NCBI GenBank assembly: GCA_032718475.1
Contig: JAUCBJ010006840.1
Span: 1 to 60,167 of the forward strand
Direction of reading: 5' to 3'
Origin: Nemertoderma westbladi
Taxonomy: Eukaryota > Animalia > Xenacoelomorpha
DNA: 60,167 nucleotides
The notes beneath the pieces were generated by a model. The model was not told where the DNA came from. It saw nothing but the letters and a program-made list of their open reading frames with translations, and ran no database searches. The position numbers and the translations under genes were made by a program. Below, piece after piece: positions 12,006-23,300 of this stretch (the stretch's first letter is position 1; every line of letters starts with the position of its first letter).

Positions 12006-13097
12006 ATGTCGTCCAGTAGTAACTCAAGGAGAAGCAGCTCGACCACAACTAGACATTTAAAGCAACGCAGACTGGATAATTTCTTCCCAAAGGAAACCGT
12101 TAAAGGTGTGGAAAGGAAGAACTATCTGAAGCCAAAACGACTAACCCAAGTCAGAATAGAATCCATGCCTGGTGTTGTTATTCTAAAACATCTCCGAGAA
12201 GATAAAGCAACGTTAGAAGATTTGACGACTTCCGAGGAGAAGATTGTAGAATGCCTCAATCGTCTCCAACAGCAACTTCCGTCGATAGAATTCCTCAGAC
12301 AGACCGGTATCGGGATAACCGTCAACCGATTACGCAAACGACACGTAAACAAGGAGGTTAAGCGTTTAGCTAAACGGGTTGCGCGGAGATGGGAGGCTAG
12401 TACGAAGAGAGAAGGATCCATGGATGAGAAACCGCGGGGGTTAACTGGGTGTCGGGCCAAGGCGGTTGCTATTATATCGGTAGGGCTGGGTACCGGTGCT
12501 GGTACCGTTACGGACAGACGCACAGCTGGGGGTATCGGTTCGGGTAAAGGTCCTGCTGGTAGGATGGCCATACGGATCCTTGGTGCTTCAGACATTACTG
12601 TTGTTAGTACTGCGAGCACCAATATGGGTGCTACGAACACAAATTTAGATGCTACAAAAAACTGCTACCTAGATGCTACGAATTCCTTTCGAGGTGCTAT
12701 TGACACCATTATAGGTGCTACCGGTACGAAAACCAATCAAGGTGCTGCGAATACCAATCTGGGTGCCACTAATAATGAGTCATATGTACACCAATTTGGG
12801 TGTGGCGAAAACGGTGACGAATCGGTTTGGAGTACTGCTAACACCTACCTAAGTGTACCGAACACTGATATGGGTGCTACAAACACTAACCTAGGAGCTT
12901 CACCCACTGGTGCTACGAACGATCACCTACCTTCGGCTATAGAACGAACTGCGTTCTCTTTCGCCAGTGGTTCAACCACTACGTACCGTCGCATTGTACG
13001 GAAACTCGCGTTGGCTTTAACTTCAAACGCCCAACTCAGAAACAACCTTCTATCTGGATCTTTAAATGTCACTGATTTTATTAAGGAATACATTTGA
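12006..13097 (+). CDS. TCEANC2: Transcription elongation factor A N-terminal and central domain-containing protein 2 (intronless; ~140-aa low-complexity insert)
   Basis: LDNFF..Q..IES...VV; TFIIS-N motif LPSIEFLRQTGIGITVNRLRK..EV..LAK..W; C-terminal DHL..IER..F....YRRIVR.L..L....LR..L.SGSL.V..F matches TCEANC2 as recalled. Start placed at ATG 12006; AATAAA at ~13125 and ~13148. Confidence 0.85.
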   Translation: MSSSSNSRRSSSTTTRHLKQRRLDNFFPKETVKGVERKNYLKPKRLTQVRIESMPGVVILKHLREDKATLEDLTTSEEKIVECLNRLQQQLPSIEFLRQTGIGITVNRLRKRHVNKEVKRLAKRVARRWEASTKREGSMDEKPRGLTGCRAKAVAIISVGLGTGAGTVTDRRTAGGIGSGKGPAGRMAIRILGASDITVVSTASTNMGATNTNLDATKNCYLDATNSFRGAIDTIIGATGTKTNQGAANTNLGATNNESYVHQFGCGENGDESVWSTANTYLSVPNTDMGATNTNLGASPTGATNDHLPSAIERTAFSFASGSTTTYRRIVRKLALALTSNAQLRNNLLSGSLNVTDFIKEYI

Positions 13098-13587
13098 CAA
13101 GGAGTGTTGACTTTTACAAAGTGCAATAAACTTTTGTTTGACAATCAATAAATGATCTTAAACACTTCCTATCAGTTTACTAAACTGTTATTAATCGACA
13201 ATAGCGCTTCGTAAATGTCATCGGAATTATTTGACAACCGCGTAAACCACAATGCCGTAAGTTGGTCTCTAGTGATTATCTAAAACCTAGCTAACAATCG
13301 GTCTCCGGTGCCAAATGGCCAACTCAAGTAAAAATCGATTGTTAAAAAGTGATTAGCGCCAGAATAAATGCCTATACAATTTTTCGAATTAAGTTTCTGA
13401 CTTATTTAATTTAATTCTATTGATTTCCAAACAATACGCATAATCCACCCTTCTCAGTGAAAACACAACTTCAATAATAGATAAATTATAATACCGTATT
13501 ATATTTTTTAATATTTTTTCCAAGTTACTTATATCGTGATCAATCGGTCCAAAAATAGTTCTAGGGGAAGGAAAGGTATTTATCACT

Positions 13588-14298
13588 CCTGTACCGCGTG
13601 ACTGGACTGCTGTACCGCGTGACTGGACTGCTGTACCGCGTGACTGGACTGCTGTACCGCGTGACTGGACTGCTGTACCGCGTGACTGGACTGCTGTACC
13701 GCGTGACTGGACTGCTGTACCGCGTGACTGGACTGCTGTACCGCGTGACTGGACTGCTGTACCGCGTGACTGGACTGCTGTACCGCGTGACTGGACTGCT
13801 GTACCGCGTGACTGGACTGCTGTACCGCGTGACTGGCTGTACCGCGTGACTGGACTGCTGTACCGCGTGACTGGACTGCTGTACCGCGTGACTGGACTGC
13901 TGTACCGCGTGACTGGCTGTACCGCGTGACTGGACTGCTGTACCGCGTGACTGGACTGCTGTACCGCGTGACTGGACTGCTGTACCGCGTGACTGGAACT
14001 CCTGTACCGCGTGACTGGAACTCCTGTACCGCGTGACTGGACTGCTGTACCGCGTGACTGGACTGCTGTACCGCGTGACTGGACTGCTGTACCGCGTGAC
14101 TGGACTGCTGTACCGCGTGACTGGCTGTACCGCGTGACTGGACTGCTGTACCGCGTGACTGGACTGCTGTACCGCGTGACTGGACTGCTGTACCGCGTGA
14201 CTGGACTGCTGTACCGCGTGACTGGACTGCTGTACCGCGTGACTGGACTGCTGTACCGCGTGACTGGACTGCTGTACCGCGTGACTGGACTGCTGTAG
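13588..14298. repeat. 21-bp minisatellite (CTGTACCGCGTGACTGGACTG)n
   Basis: About 34 near-perfect units with a few 17-bp and 22-bp variants. Confidence 0.97.
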
Positions 14299-14820
14299 TT
14301 TAACAATAAATTAATCGTTGAGATAACATAACAATTACGTAAGATTGTTCGCTATGCAATTACCGTTTAATTGGAATCGCCAAACTTTGAATATAATCAA
14401 ATAATATTGATTCAAGTAACATATGAATATAACAATCAATCACTAACTAAAAAAAATAAATGACAAACTAAACTACGGCAATTCCTTTTAAATGAAGGTT
14501 TTGTAGGCCTAATACATTGCGGCCTACACTGCCCTACTCATATATTCATCGATCCCCGATGGAATTACATATTGATAAAATTTGCGTATCATTCGAACCT
14601 TCGGAAATTGGAAGATAAATACATAGGGCAAGTGGCTTGGGAATGTGTGTCTTATTGGACATTGTCAATGTGGCGGTTAAAACCAAAATTAACACAAACT
14701 CTCTGACTGTAAAATAACTCTTCGAATATAAATCCTTGACATAAAGCTACCGTCTCGCTCGCCATCCTGTTATTTGTCATAAGGCGAAGCCAGTTAATCG
14801 ACATATTCTTCCACCCATAT

Positions 14821-15650
14821 ACTACAGACTGTCGAGCGAGCTCGGGCAGTGGAAATGAGATCCTTCCAGGCTTCCCGATTCTCCAACTACTACTAGGTCG
14901 AGCGAACTCGGGCAGTGGAAATGAGATCCTTCCAGGCTTCCCGATTCTCCAACTACTACTAGGTCGAGCGAACTCGGGCAGTGGAAATGAGATCCTCCCA
15001 GGCTTCCCGATTCTCCAACTACTACTAGGTCGAGCGAGCTCGGGCAGTGGAAATGAGATCCTTCCAGGCTTCCCGATTCTCCAACTACTACTAGGTCGAG
15101 CGAACTCGGGCAGTGGAAATGAGATCCTTCCAGGCTTCCCGATTCTCCAACTACTACTAGGTCGAGCGAACTCGGGCAGTGGAAATGAGATCCTTCCAGT
15201 CTTCCCGATTCTCCAACTACTACTAGGTCGAGCGAACTCGGGCAGTGGAAATGAGATCCTTCCAGGCTTCCCGATTCTACTACTACTACTAGATCGAGAG
15301 AGCTCGGGCAGTGGATATGAGATCCTTCCAGGCTTCCCGATTCTCCATAGTTGTCGCAATTTCGTTTCTCCCAAGGTCAGTATCCCTTTCAAGCTGATCT
15401 ATATATGTTATGGCCGGTCGTCCACGACTACGCTTTCCACATGTTGGTTGCCAGAAAAGTAGATCTGGTATGACCTCGTCTTTACTTCGCCAGCAGTGCC
15501 CACTGAATCTTAATCTGCGTTCACGGAGGGTTGTTGATACAGGTGGTATTGTACCATAAAGCTCGGCGTTTGTCATGTGTTGTCTCCAGCTGATGTTTAG
15601 GGCTGCCCTTAGTAAGTAGTCTTGTGTAGAAACCATCAATTCGTTGTTAC
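14821..15650 (-). mobile_element. 5'-truncated copy of the RTE-like LINE with tandemly repeated 3' terminus
   Basis: 15290-15650 is near-identical (reverse strand) to window positions ~55-420; it is followed by 7 x 66-bp copies of the terminal segment plus TAG tail. Confidence 0.9.
14831..15290 (-). repeat. 7 x 66-bp tandem repeat derived from the LINE 3' end
   Basis: Units start at 14831, 14897, 14963, 15029, 15095, 15161 and 15227; each is (TGG)AGAATCGGGAAGCC...GCTCGACCTAGTAGTAGT on the - strand. Confidence 0.95.
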
Positions 15651-15659
15651 TTGTTAAAG

Positions 15660-16020
15660 TGATTTCGTCAGTGTCCAGGTCTTGCCCCAGGAAATCCAAC
15701 AAAGTATCTATCTACCGGATCTAGATTTTGCTGATGACTTAGGAGTACTCTCAGAATCTCTAGAGGGAGCCCAACGGCTCCTCAGCTCATTAGAACAGGC
15801 TGCTTCTAGTGTAGGTCTTATTGTAAACTCTGATAAGGCAAAAATTACGACAGTGAACTTTGACAGCCCCTCAAGAAATGTCTGATCTTATGAGCATAAG
15901 CTCCAGGGATGGCTTGCTTGAGCATGTGGACGACTTCTGTTACCTGGGATCATGGATCCAGAAGTCAGGTGAGGACCTTTGAATACGTAAGGGAAAGGCA
16001 TGGGCAGCATTAAAGGGGAA
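15660..16020 (+). pseudogene. Inverted RT-domain fragment of the same LINE type
   Basis: DLDFADDL..LS...AQRLL..LE..A..VGL.VN..K, then LEHVDDFCYLGSWI and IRKGKAWAA across frameshifts; lies head-to-head with the - strand body. Confidence 0.8.
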
Positions 16021-16339
16021 TTCCAGGATTTGAACAGAACCGCCTTCGCTTTCCAGGACACATGTACTGGAACCCTGACACACCTAATCTGGACAACAGC
16101 ATGCACTAGGCCTACTTATTGTTGCTTCATCTCAAATTGCCCTCCATCTTTTAATCTGATTACAAAAGTTTAGAAGGACCTTGTCGTACACTTGCAGTTA
16201 ATGAGTTCTAGAAGGACCTACCTGTCGTAGTTAGTTCCTTTACGAATTTAATCTAAGAAAATTTAAATTTTATTTTTCGGCTTTCTCATTGAAGGGATTA
16301 ATTGTTTTGTAGCTCTCATTGGCGGGTAGAGCTTTACGC

Positions 16340-16620
16340 CCACGTGAAAAATACCAGCATTTCACTTTTCGGTGGACCTTTTATTTGAATTTTATATATT
16401 AAGATTTTGTATTTTTTTTAATTTATCTTTATTGAGTGTTTTATAGCGCTTATTTATGTCTTATATAACCTGTACATATACTAATTCGTTTATTGTTTTG
16501 GTTAGATTCAGCCCTTCTGTATCCTGTGTTTTTGGTGAAAATCTGGTATTCTTCACATGGGGGTAACTGCAAAGTGAAATATAACGGCAGAAAGTCTGGT
16601 ATTCTTCACATGGGCCGAGC
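16340..16620. repeat. Dispersed AT-rich repeat family (TTATTGTTTTGGTTAG... / CTGGTATTCTTCACATGGG)
   Basis: Related copies at ~17150-17365, 50970-51630 (reverse), 55290-55400, 55920-56110 and 59990-60090. Confidence 0.65.
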
Positions 16621-17379
16621 TTTAAAATCTACATGTGTTAAACAGAAAAATCATTTTAGCAATTCGAACTCATTGCTTCTATTGAATTGTGGCAGGCACC
16701 TTGGTATTGTGAGAACCAGTAATCAATTTATTGGAGCAATTTAGCTGGAAATCTCACCTAAACACAAAGTTCAACGCTTAACTCATAGTTCATTACCCTA
16801 AAGCGTGTTGTTTGAGGCTAAAAGAAATTCGCCACCTGTTTCATGAGGCAATCAGAGTTCATTACCACAAATATCATTATAAACTCTTAGTGACTCGATC
16901 GATGTCAGGTGATTTAATGCCATTGGTAATTATGACCTACAGTACCAGTTACGACTGATCCTGCATTATCGATCGTTCTTGAAGTCTCTACGGTGTGATG
17001 TATTATTGAGTGAACATTATATAAATATATTTTTTAACATTGTATTTTGAGGAGCAGGAGACCCACTATTATAGAAGAGAGTGGTGAAAGCGTTTATGTG
17101 AAATATATGTTAATATCAGGTTTTAACTTTGAGGTCGTGTAATTTTATGTAATGTGAAGAATTTGTATTTTTTTTAATTTATCATTTTTCATCATTTTAT
17201 AATCTGTGGAGATATGTACTAATTCGTTTATTGTTTTGGTTAGATTCAACCTTTCTGTAAGCTGGGTTTTTTTTAGTGAAAACATGGTAATTCTTCACAT
17301 AGGGGTAGGCCTTATACTGCAAAGTGAAATATAACACCAGAGAGTCTGGTATACTTCCATGGGGCCCGTTCATGCGAGT

Positions 17380-17540
17380 TAATAACTATTTCCATCATTA
17401 TGTGCAAAGTAGCACTTTTCAGCGTTATGACCCGAGTTTATTTATGTACCGAGCGAGCGCAGCGAGGGAGGTTTACATAAATAAACAAGGGTCTTTAACG
17501 CTGAAAAGTGACCTTTGCTTTGTACATAATGATGTATGTA
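17380..17540. repeat. Hairpin-forming dispersed repeat (possibly Crypton-like element ends)
   Basis: Imperfect ~150-nt palindrome starting TAATAACTATTT; similar copy at ~27555-27700; a related hairpin ending AAATAGTTATTA at 20109-20258 and 53846-53988. Family assignment is tentative. Confidence 0.5.
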
Positions 17541-17860
17541 ATTTAGTTACATTTTGTAAACTTATCAGCGTTCGGTATGTGAAGAAAGGATTTTATGGAT
17601 ACTCAATTTAAACATTTTAATCATGTACATTTCCAATATAAGTGAAATTTAATAATATTTAATTATTTAATATTATTATTATATAAATATTTATATACAG
17701 TATAATAATAACACATAACATGTTGTACACAGTATTTATTATGCATTTATATATAATTAAAGTTTATTGTTACGTTTTGGATGTGATAAATCTTTGAACC
17801 ATATTGACCTTGATCGACTGAACCAAATTAATAGTAATTGCTAATTATTAATATAGGGAC

Positions 17861-18130
17861 AGGATACGATACGATACGAAAATACGATACGATACGAAAA
17901 TACGATACGACACGAAAATACGATACGAAACGAAAATACGATACGATACGAAAATACGATACGATACGAAAATACGATACGACATGAAAATACGATACGA
18001 AACGAAAATACGATACGATACGAAAATACGATACGATACGATACGCTACGAAAATACGATACGATACGATACGATACGAATGCAATTTTGTGAAAATACG
18101 ATACGAAAAATCCAAGATACGATACGAAAA
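17861..18130. repeat. (GATAC)n / (ACGAAAAT) compound microsatellite
   Basis: Tandem GATACGATACGAAAATAC units. Confidence 0.92.
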
Positions 18131-20346
18131 AAGTTTCGTATTTTTTTCGTATCGTATTTTATCTAAGAGTTGATAAAAAACATGTATTGCATTTTGTATT
18201 ATTATACTTAGAAAATCATATAAATTATCTATATAATAGGCAAGTATTTTTATTTCAATGTTCCAGACCAGTATGCTTGCTACCAGGCCATGATGGCTTG
18301 CTACTACAGCGGGCAATAGTGTATCAATTCAGGGCAGGTACCTGAATAACGACTATAATAATAATATAATAATAATATAATATAATAAATCGCCGCTTAC
18401 CAAATAAATATCAATTAGTATTTCTCAAAATCACATTCGTATTGTGTCATAAAATATTGGTTCGTTTCGGATAAAAACTTTGGTAACGGAATGTCTGAGA
18501 AAATCTAAAAAAATAATTTACTTGTTCTTACCGCTCGGGTTTTAAAAGGTAATTAATGCAATAAAATTATTATTAATAGTCGACTGAAGTTAGCCCTTTA
18601 TGTACAGGACGTAGTTATGTAATATTTTGCACCCCAAATCAGCATGTTTTCAAAAGAATGGCCATTTATATCAACAGCTAAGTGAATCAGAAACAAAAAT
18701 AAATCAACTGAGTAATACCCTTGAGTTTGTGATGAGAAACAGACTTGATGCGCAAAGTTTATTAATTCCTCACTGAAACACATTGTTTACAATAGAAGTA
18801 ATTAATTCATCAACTCCAGAATTACTAATTCTACCACATATTCCCACCACTAGTTTTTGTTTTGCATATATTATGGTAATTTTTGTAGAATTTCAATCCA
18901 TGACTAAGAATTGCCCTGGGTCGATTTCCAGATTTGTTTTGTGACATTTTTGGATGTTTTTATAACAATCACTACTATTATTGCAAGTTGTTCTATGTTT
19001 ATCACTAACTATCTTGAACAGAACTTAACCTTTTATCTCTCAGTGTTCCCATTTGGGAGCATCTTTTAAATTCAACTGGGGGAAAATTAATTCAGGCTTA
19101 TATTGTTTTTTTTATTTTCATCTGTTTTTCAAGTGTTTTCAAAATTCAAGGTGCTCTTTTGGTATACCAAATTATGCAAATTTTTTTTTTTGGGGGCATG
19201 CAAACAATAGTGGTCAAAAACGTTACAAAGTTAATATTCCAAACCAGTGGCGACATTAAAATTTAATTTTTAAATAGCATGACAATATTATTTGAAAAAA
19301 AATCAGAAAATTACAATCTTGTGCCAAATTACCTACTTTAAAAATTGATGTTCCCATCTGGGAACACTGGTGAGGACATAAGAAATAAAAAATTAGAAAA
19401 CAATTTTACTCGATGTATTACTCTAAAAATTGTTTAAAATTACATAACTAATATGTAATTGTGTCCTGCTTTATTAAAAACGACCAGCTTATTGTCCCAT
19501 TTGGGAACACTATATGGGAACTTATTTCTGCTGTGTAAAGCAATACCTCAAAACTTAACGCATTACTGTAGGAGTATGAATGTATATAGGACGAATGCAA
19601 TATGTAGGCTTATAGCCGAAATAAAACTTATTATGCAATTTATTTTATTCCAAAATTATAACATTACTCAACGCCGTTAGTATTAACAGCGAGTTGTTAT
19701 TTAGCACTTTACAACTTTAGAGGACATTGCAGCATTGTATTGGCCTGTACATTTAGTATAGTATTTGGTGTTATTGTTTACGTGGTAACCAATGACGGCG
19801 TTAAGTAATGTCCACTAAGGGTACATTACTTAACGCCGTCATTGGTTACAACGTAAACAATAGGTGGAAATTTGCCTGACAGCCAGATAGGCATACTGCA
19901 TTACCTACCGGTAGACCCCGGATAGCTATAAATAACCAGTAGCTATATTATTAACATGGCTCCAAACGCCACCATAAATATAAGCTAACTTATTTATGTC
20001 ATTTTTACAATTATTTATACAGCAACTAATATAATTTGTGCAGTTTTTATCACTTATAATGTATATGTACAATCATTTCGTAATGTTAAAATTTTGGAAT
20101 AAAACAACATACATACTTGTTGCAAAGTACTTTTACAGTGTTCCGATCCTCGTGGCTTTATTTTCACTCACTCACTAACGTTCGTTCGTGTAACAAAGCC
20201 ACTCGGATCATCACACTGTAAAGTGCTACTTTATACACAAGTATGTAAATAGTTATTACAATTTGGGAACATTGGTAAAATGCTTTATCGCGAAGTCTTC
20301 TGGATGAGGCCAACACTTTACCAGAACTTCAGTATATCCGTAGGGG

Positions 20347-23300
20347 GGTTGGCTCGGGTCGGGATGCGAGAATAGATCTAATGGAGCGAGAATAGATCTA
20401 ATGGAACGCAGTAGGGCGTGTTGGCTCGGCACAGGACGCGAGAATAGATCTAATGGAACGCAGTAGGGCGTGTTGGCTAGGCTCGGGATGCGAGAATAGA
20501 TCTAATGGAGCGAGAATAGATCTAATGGAACGCAGTAGGGCGTGTTGGCTCGGGTCGGGATGCGAGAATAGATCTAATGGAGCGCAGTAGGGCGTGTTGG
20601 CTCGGGTCGGGATGCGAGAATAGATCTAATGGAGCGCAGTAGGGCGTGTTGGCTCGGGTCGGGACGCGAGAATAGATCTAATGGAACGCAGTAGGGCGTG
20701 TTGGATCGGGTCGGGACGCGAGAATAGATCTAATGGAACGCAGTAGGGCGTGTTGGCTCGGGTCGGGATGCGAGAATAGATCTAATGGAGCGCAGTAGGG
20801 CGTGTTGGCTCGGGTCGGGACGCGAGAATAGATCTAATGGAGCGCAGTAGGGCATGTTGGCTCGGCTCAGGACGCGAGAATAGATCTAATGGAACGCAGT
20901 AGGGCGTGTTGGCTAGGCTCGGGATGCGAGAATAGATCTAATGGAGCGAGAATAGATCTAATGGAGCGCAGTAGGGCGTGTTGGCTCGGGTCGGGACGCG
21001 AGAATAGATCTAATGGAACGCAGTAGGGCGTGTTGGATCGGGTCGGGACGCGAGAATAGATCTAATGGAACGCAGTAGGGCGTGTTGGCTCGGGTCGGGA
21101 TGCGAGAATAGATCTAATGGAGCGCAGTAGGGCGTGTTGGCTCGGGTCGGGATGCGAGAATAGATCTAATGGAGCACAGTAGGGCGTGTTGGCTAGGCTC
21201 GGGATGCGAGAATAGATCTAATGGAACGCAGTAGGGCGTGTTGGCTAGGCTCGGGATGCGAGAATAGATCTAATGGAGCGAGAATAGATCTAATGGAACG
21301 CAGTAGGGCGTGTTGGCTCGGGTCGGGACGCGAGAATAGATCTAATGGAACGCAGTAGGGCGTGTTGGATCGGGTCGGGACGCGAGAATAGATCTAATGG
21401 AACGCAGTAGGGCGTGTTGGCTAGGCTCGGGATGCGAGAATAGATCTAATGGAGCGAGAATAGATCTAATGGAACGCAGTAGGGCGTGTTGGCTCGGGTC
21501 GGGACGCGAGAATAGATCTAATGGAACGCAGTAGGGCGTGTTGGATCGGGTCGGGACGAGAGAATAGATCTAATGGAGCGCAGTAGGGCGTGTTAGCTCG
21601 GTTCAGGGCTCGATAATAGATCTAATGGAGCGCAGTAGGGCGTGTTGGCTCGGGTCGGGACGAGAGAATAGATCCAATGGAACGCAGTAGGGCGTGTTGG
21701 CTCGGGTCGGGATGCGAGAATAGATCTAATGGAGCGCAGTAGGGCATGTTGGCTCGGCTCAGGACGCGAGAATAGATCTAATGGAACGCAGTAGGGCGTG
21801 TTGGCTAGGCTCGGGATGCGAGAATAGATCTAATGGAGCGAGAATAGATCTAATGGAACGCAGTAGGGCGTGTTGGCTCGGGTCGGGACGCGAGAATAGA
21901 TCTAATGGAACGCAGTAGGGCGTGTTGGCTCGGGTCGGGATGCGAGAATAGATCTAATGGAGCACAGTAGGGCGTGTTGGCTAGGCTCGGGATGCGAGAA
22001 TAGATCTAATGGAACGCAGTAGGGCGTGTTGGCTAGGCTCGGGATGCGAGAATAGATCTAATGGAGCGAGAATAGATCTAATGGAACGCAGTAGGGCGTG
22101 TTGGCTCGGGTCGGGACGCGAGAATAGATCTAATGGAACGCAGTAGGGCGTGTTGGATCGGGTCGAGACGCGAGAATAGATCTAATGGAACGCAGTAGGG
22201 CGTGTTGGCTAGGCTCGGGATGCGAGAATAGATCTAATGGAGCGAGAATAGATCTAATGGAACGCAGTAGGGCGTGTTGGCTCGGGTCGGGACGCGAGAA
22301 TAGATCTAATGGAACGCAGTAGGGCGTGTTGGATCGGGTCGGGACGAGAGAATAGATCTAATGGAGCGCAGTAGGGCGTGTTAGCTCGGTTCAGGGCTCG
22401 ATAATAGATCTAATGGAGCGCAGTAGGGCGTGTTGGCTCGGGTCGGGACGCGAGAATATATCTAATGGAACGCAGTAGGGCGTGTTGGCTCGGGTCGGGA
22501 CGCGGGAATAGATCCAATGGAGCGCAGTAGGGCGTGTTGGCTCGGGTCGGGAAGCGAGAATAGATCTAATGCAGCGCAGTAGGGTGTGTTGGCTCGGGTC
22601 GGGATGCGAGAATAGATCTAATGGAACGCAGTAGGGCGTGTTGGATCGGGTCGGGACGAGAGAATAGATCTAATGGAGCGCAGTAGGGCATGTTGGCTCG
22701 GGTCGGGATGCGAGAATAGATCTAATGGAGCGCAGTAGGGCGTGTTGGTTCGGGTCGGGATGCGAGACTATATCTAATGGAACGCAGTAGGGCGTGTTGG
22801 CTCGGGTCGGGACACGAGAATATATCTAATGGAACGCAGTAGGGCGTGTTGGCTCGGGTCGGGATGCGAGAATAGATCTAATGGAACGCAGTAGGGCGTG
22901 TTGGCTCGGGTCGGGACGCGAGAATAGATCTAATGGAATGCAGTAGGGCGTGTTGGCTCGGGTCGGGACGCGAGAATAGATCTAATGCAGCGCAGTAGGG
23001 TGTGTTGGCTCGGGTCGGGACGCGAGAATAGATCTAATGGAACGCAGTAGGGCGTGTTGGATCGGGTCGGGACGGGACGCGAGAATAGATCTAATGGAAC
23101 GCAGTAGGGCGTGTTGGCTCGGGTCGGGATGCGAGAATAGATCTAATGGAGCGCAGTAGGGCGTGTTGGCTCGGGTCGGGACGCGAGAATAGATCTAATG
23201 GAGCGCAGTAGGGCATGTTGGCTCGGCTCAGGACGCGAGAATAGATCTAATGGAACGCAGTAGGGCGTGTTGGCTCGGGTCGGGACGCGAGAATAGATCT

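Noticed and set aside
13389-14306. 305-aa repetitive ORF and overlapping ORFs
   Set aside because: Product of the 21-bp minisatellite.
14652-15392. 246-aa repeat ORF
   Set aside because: Alternative frame of the 66-bp LINE-end array.
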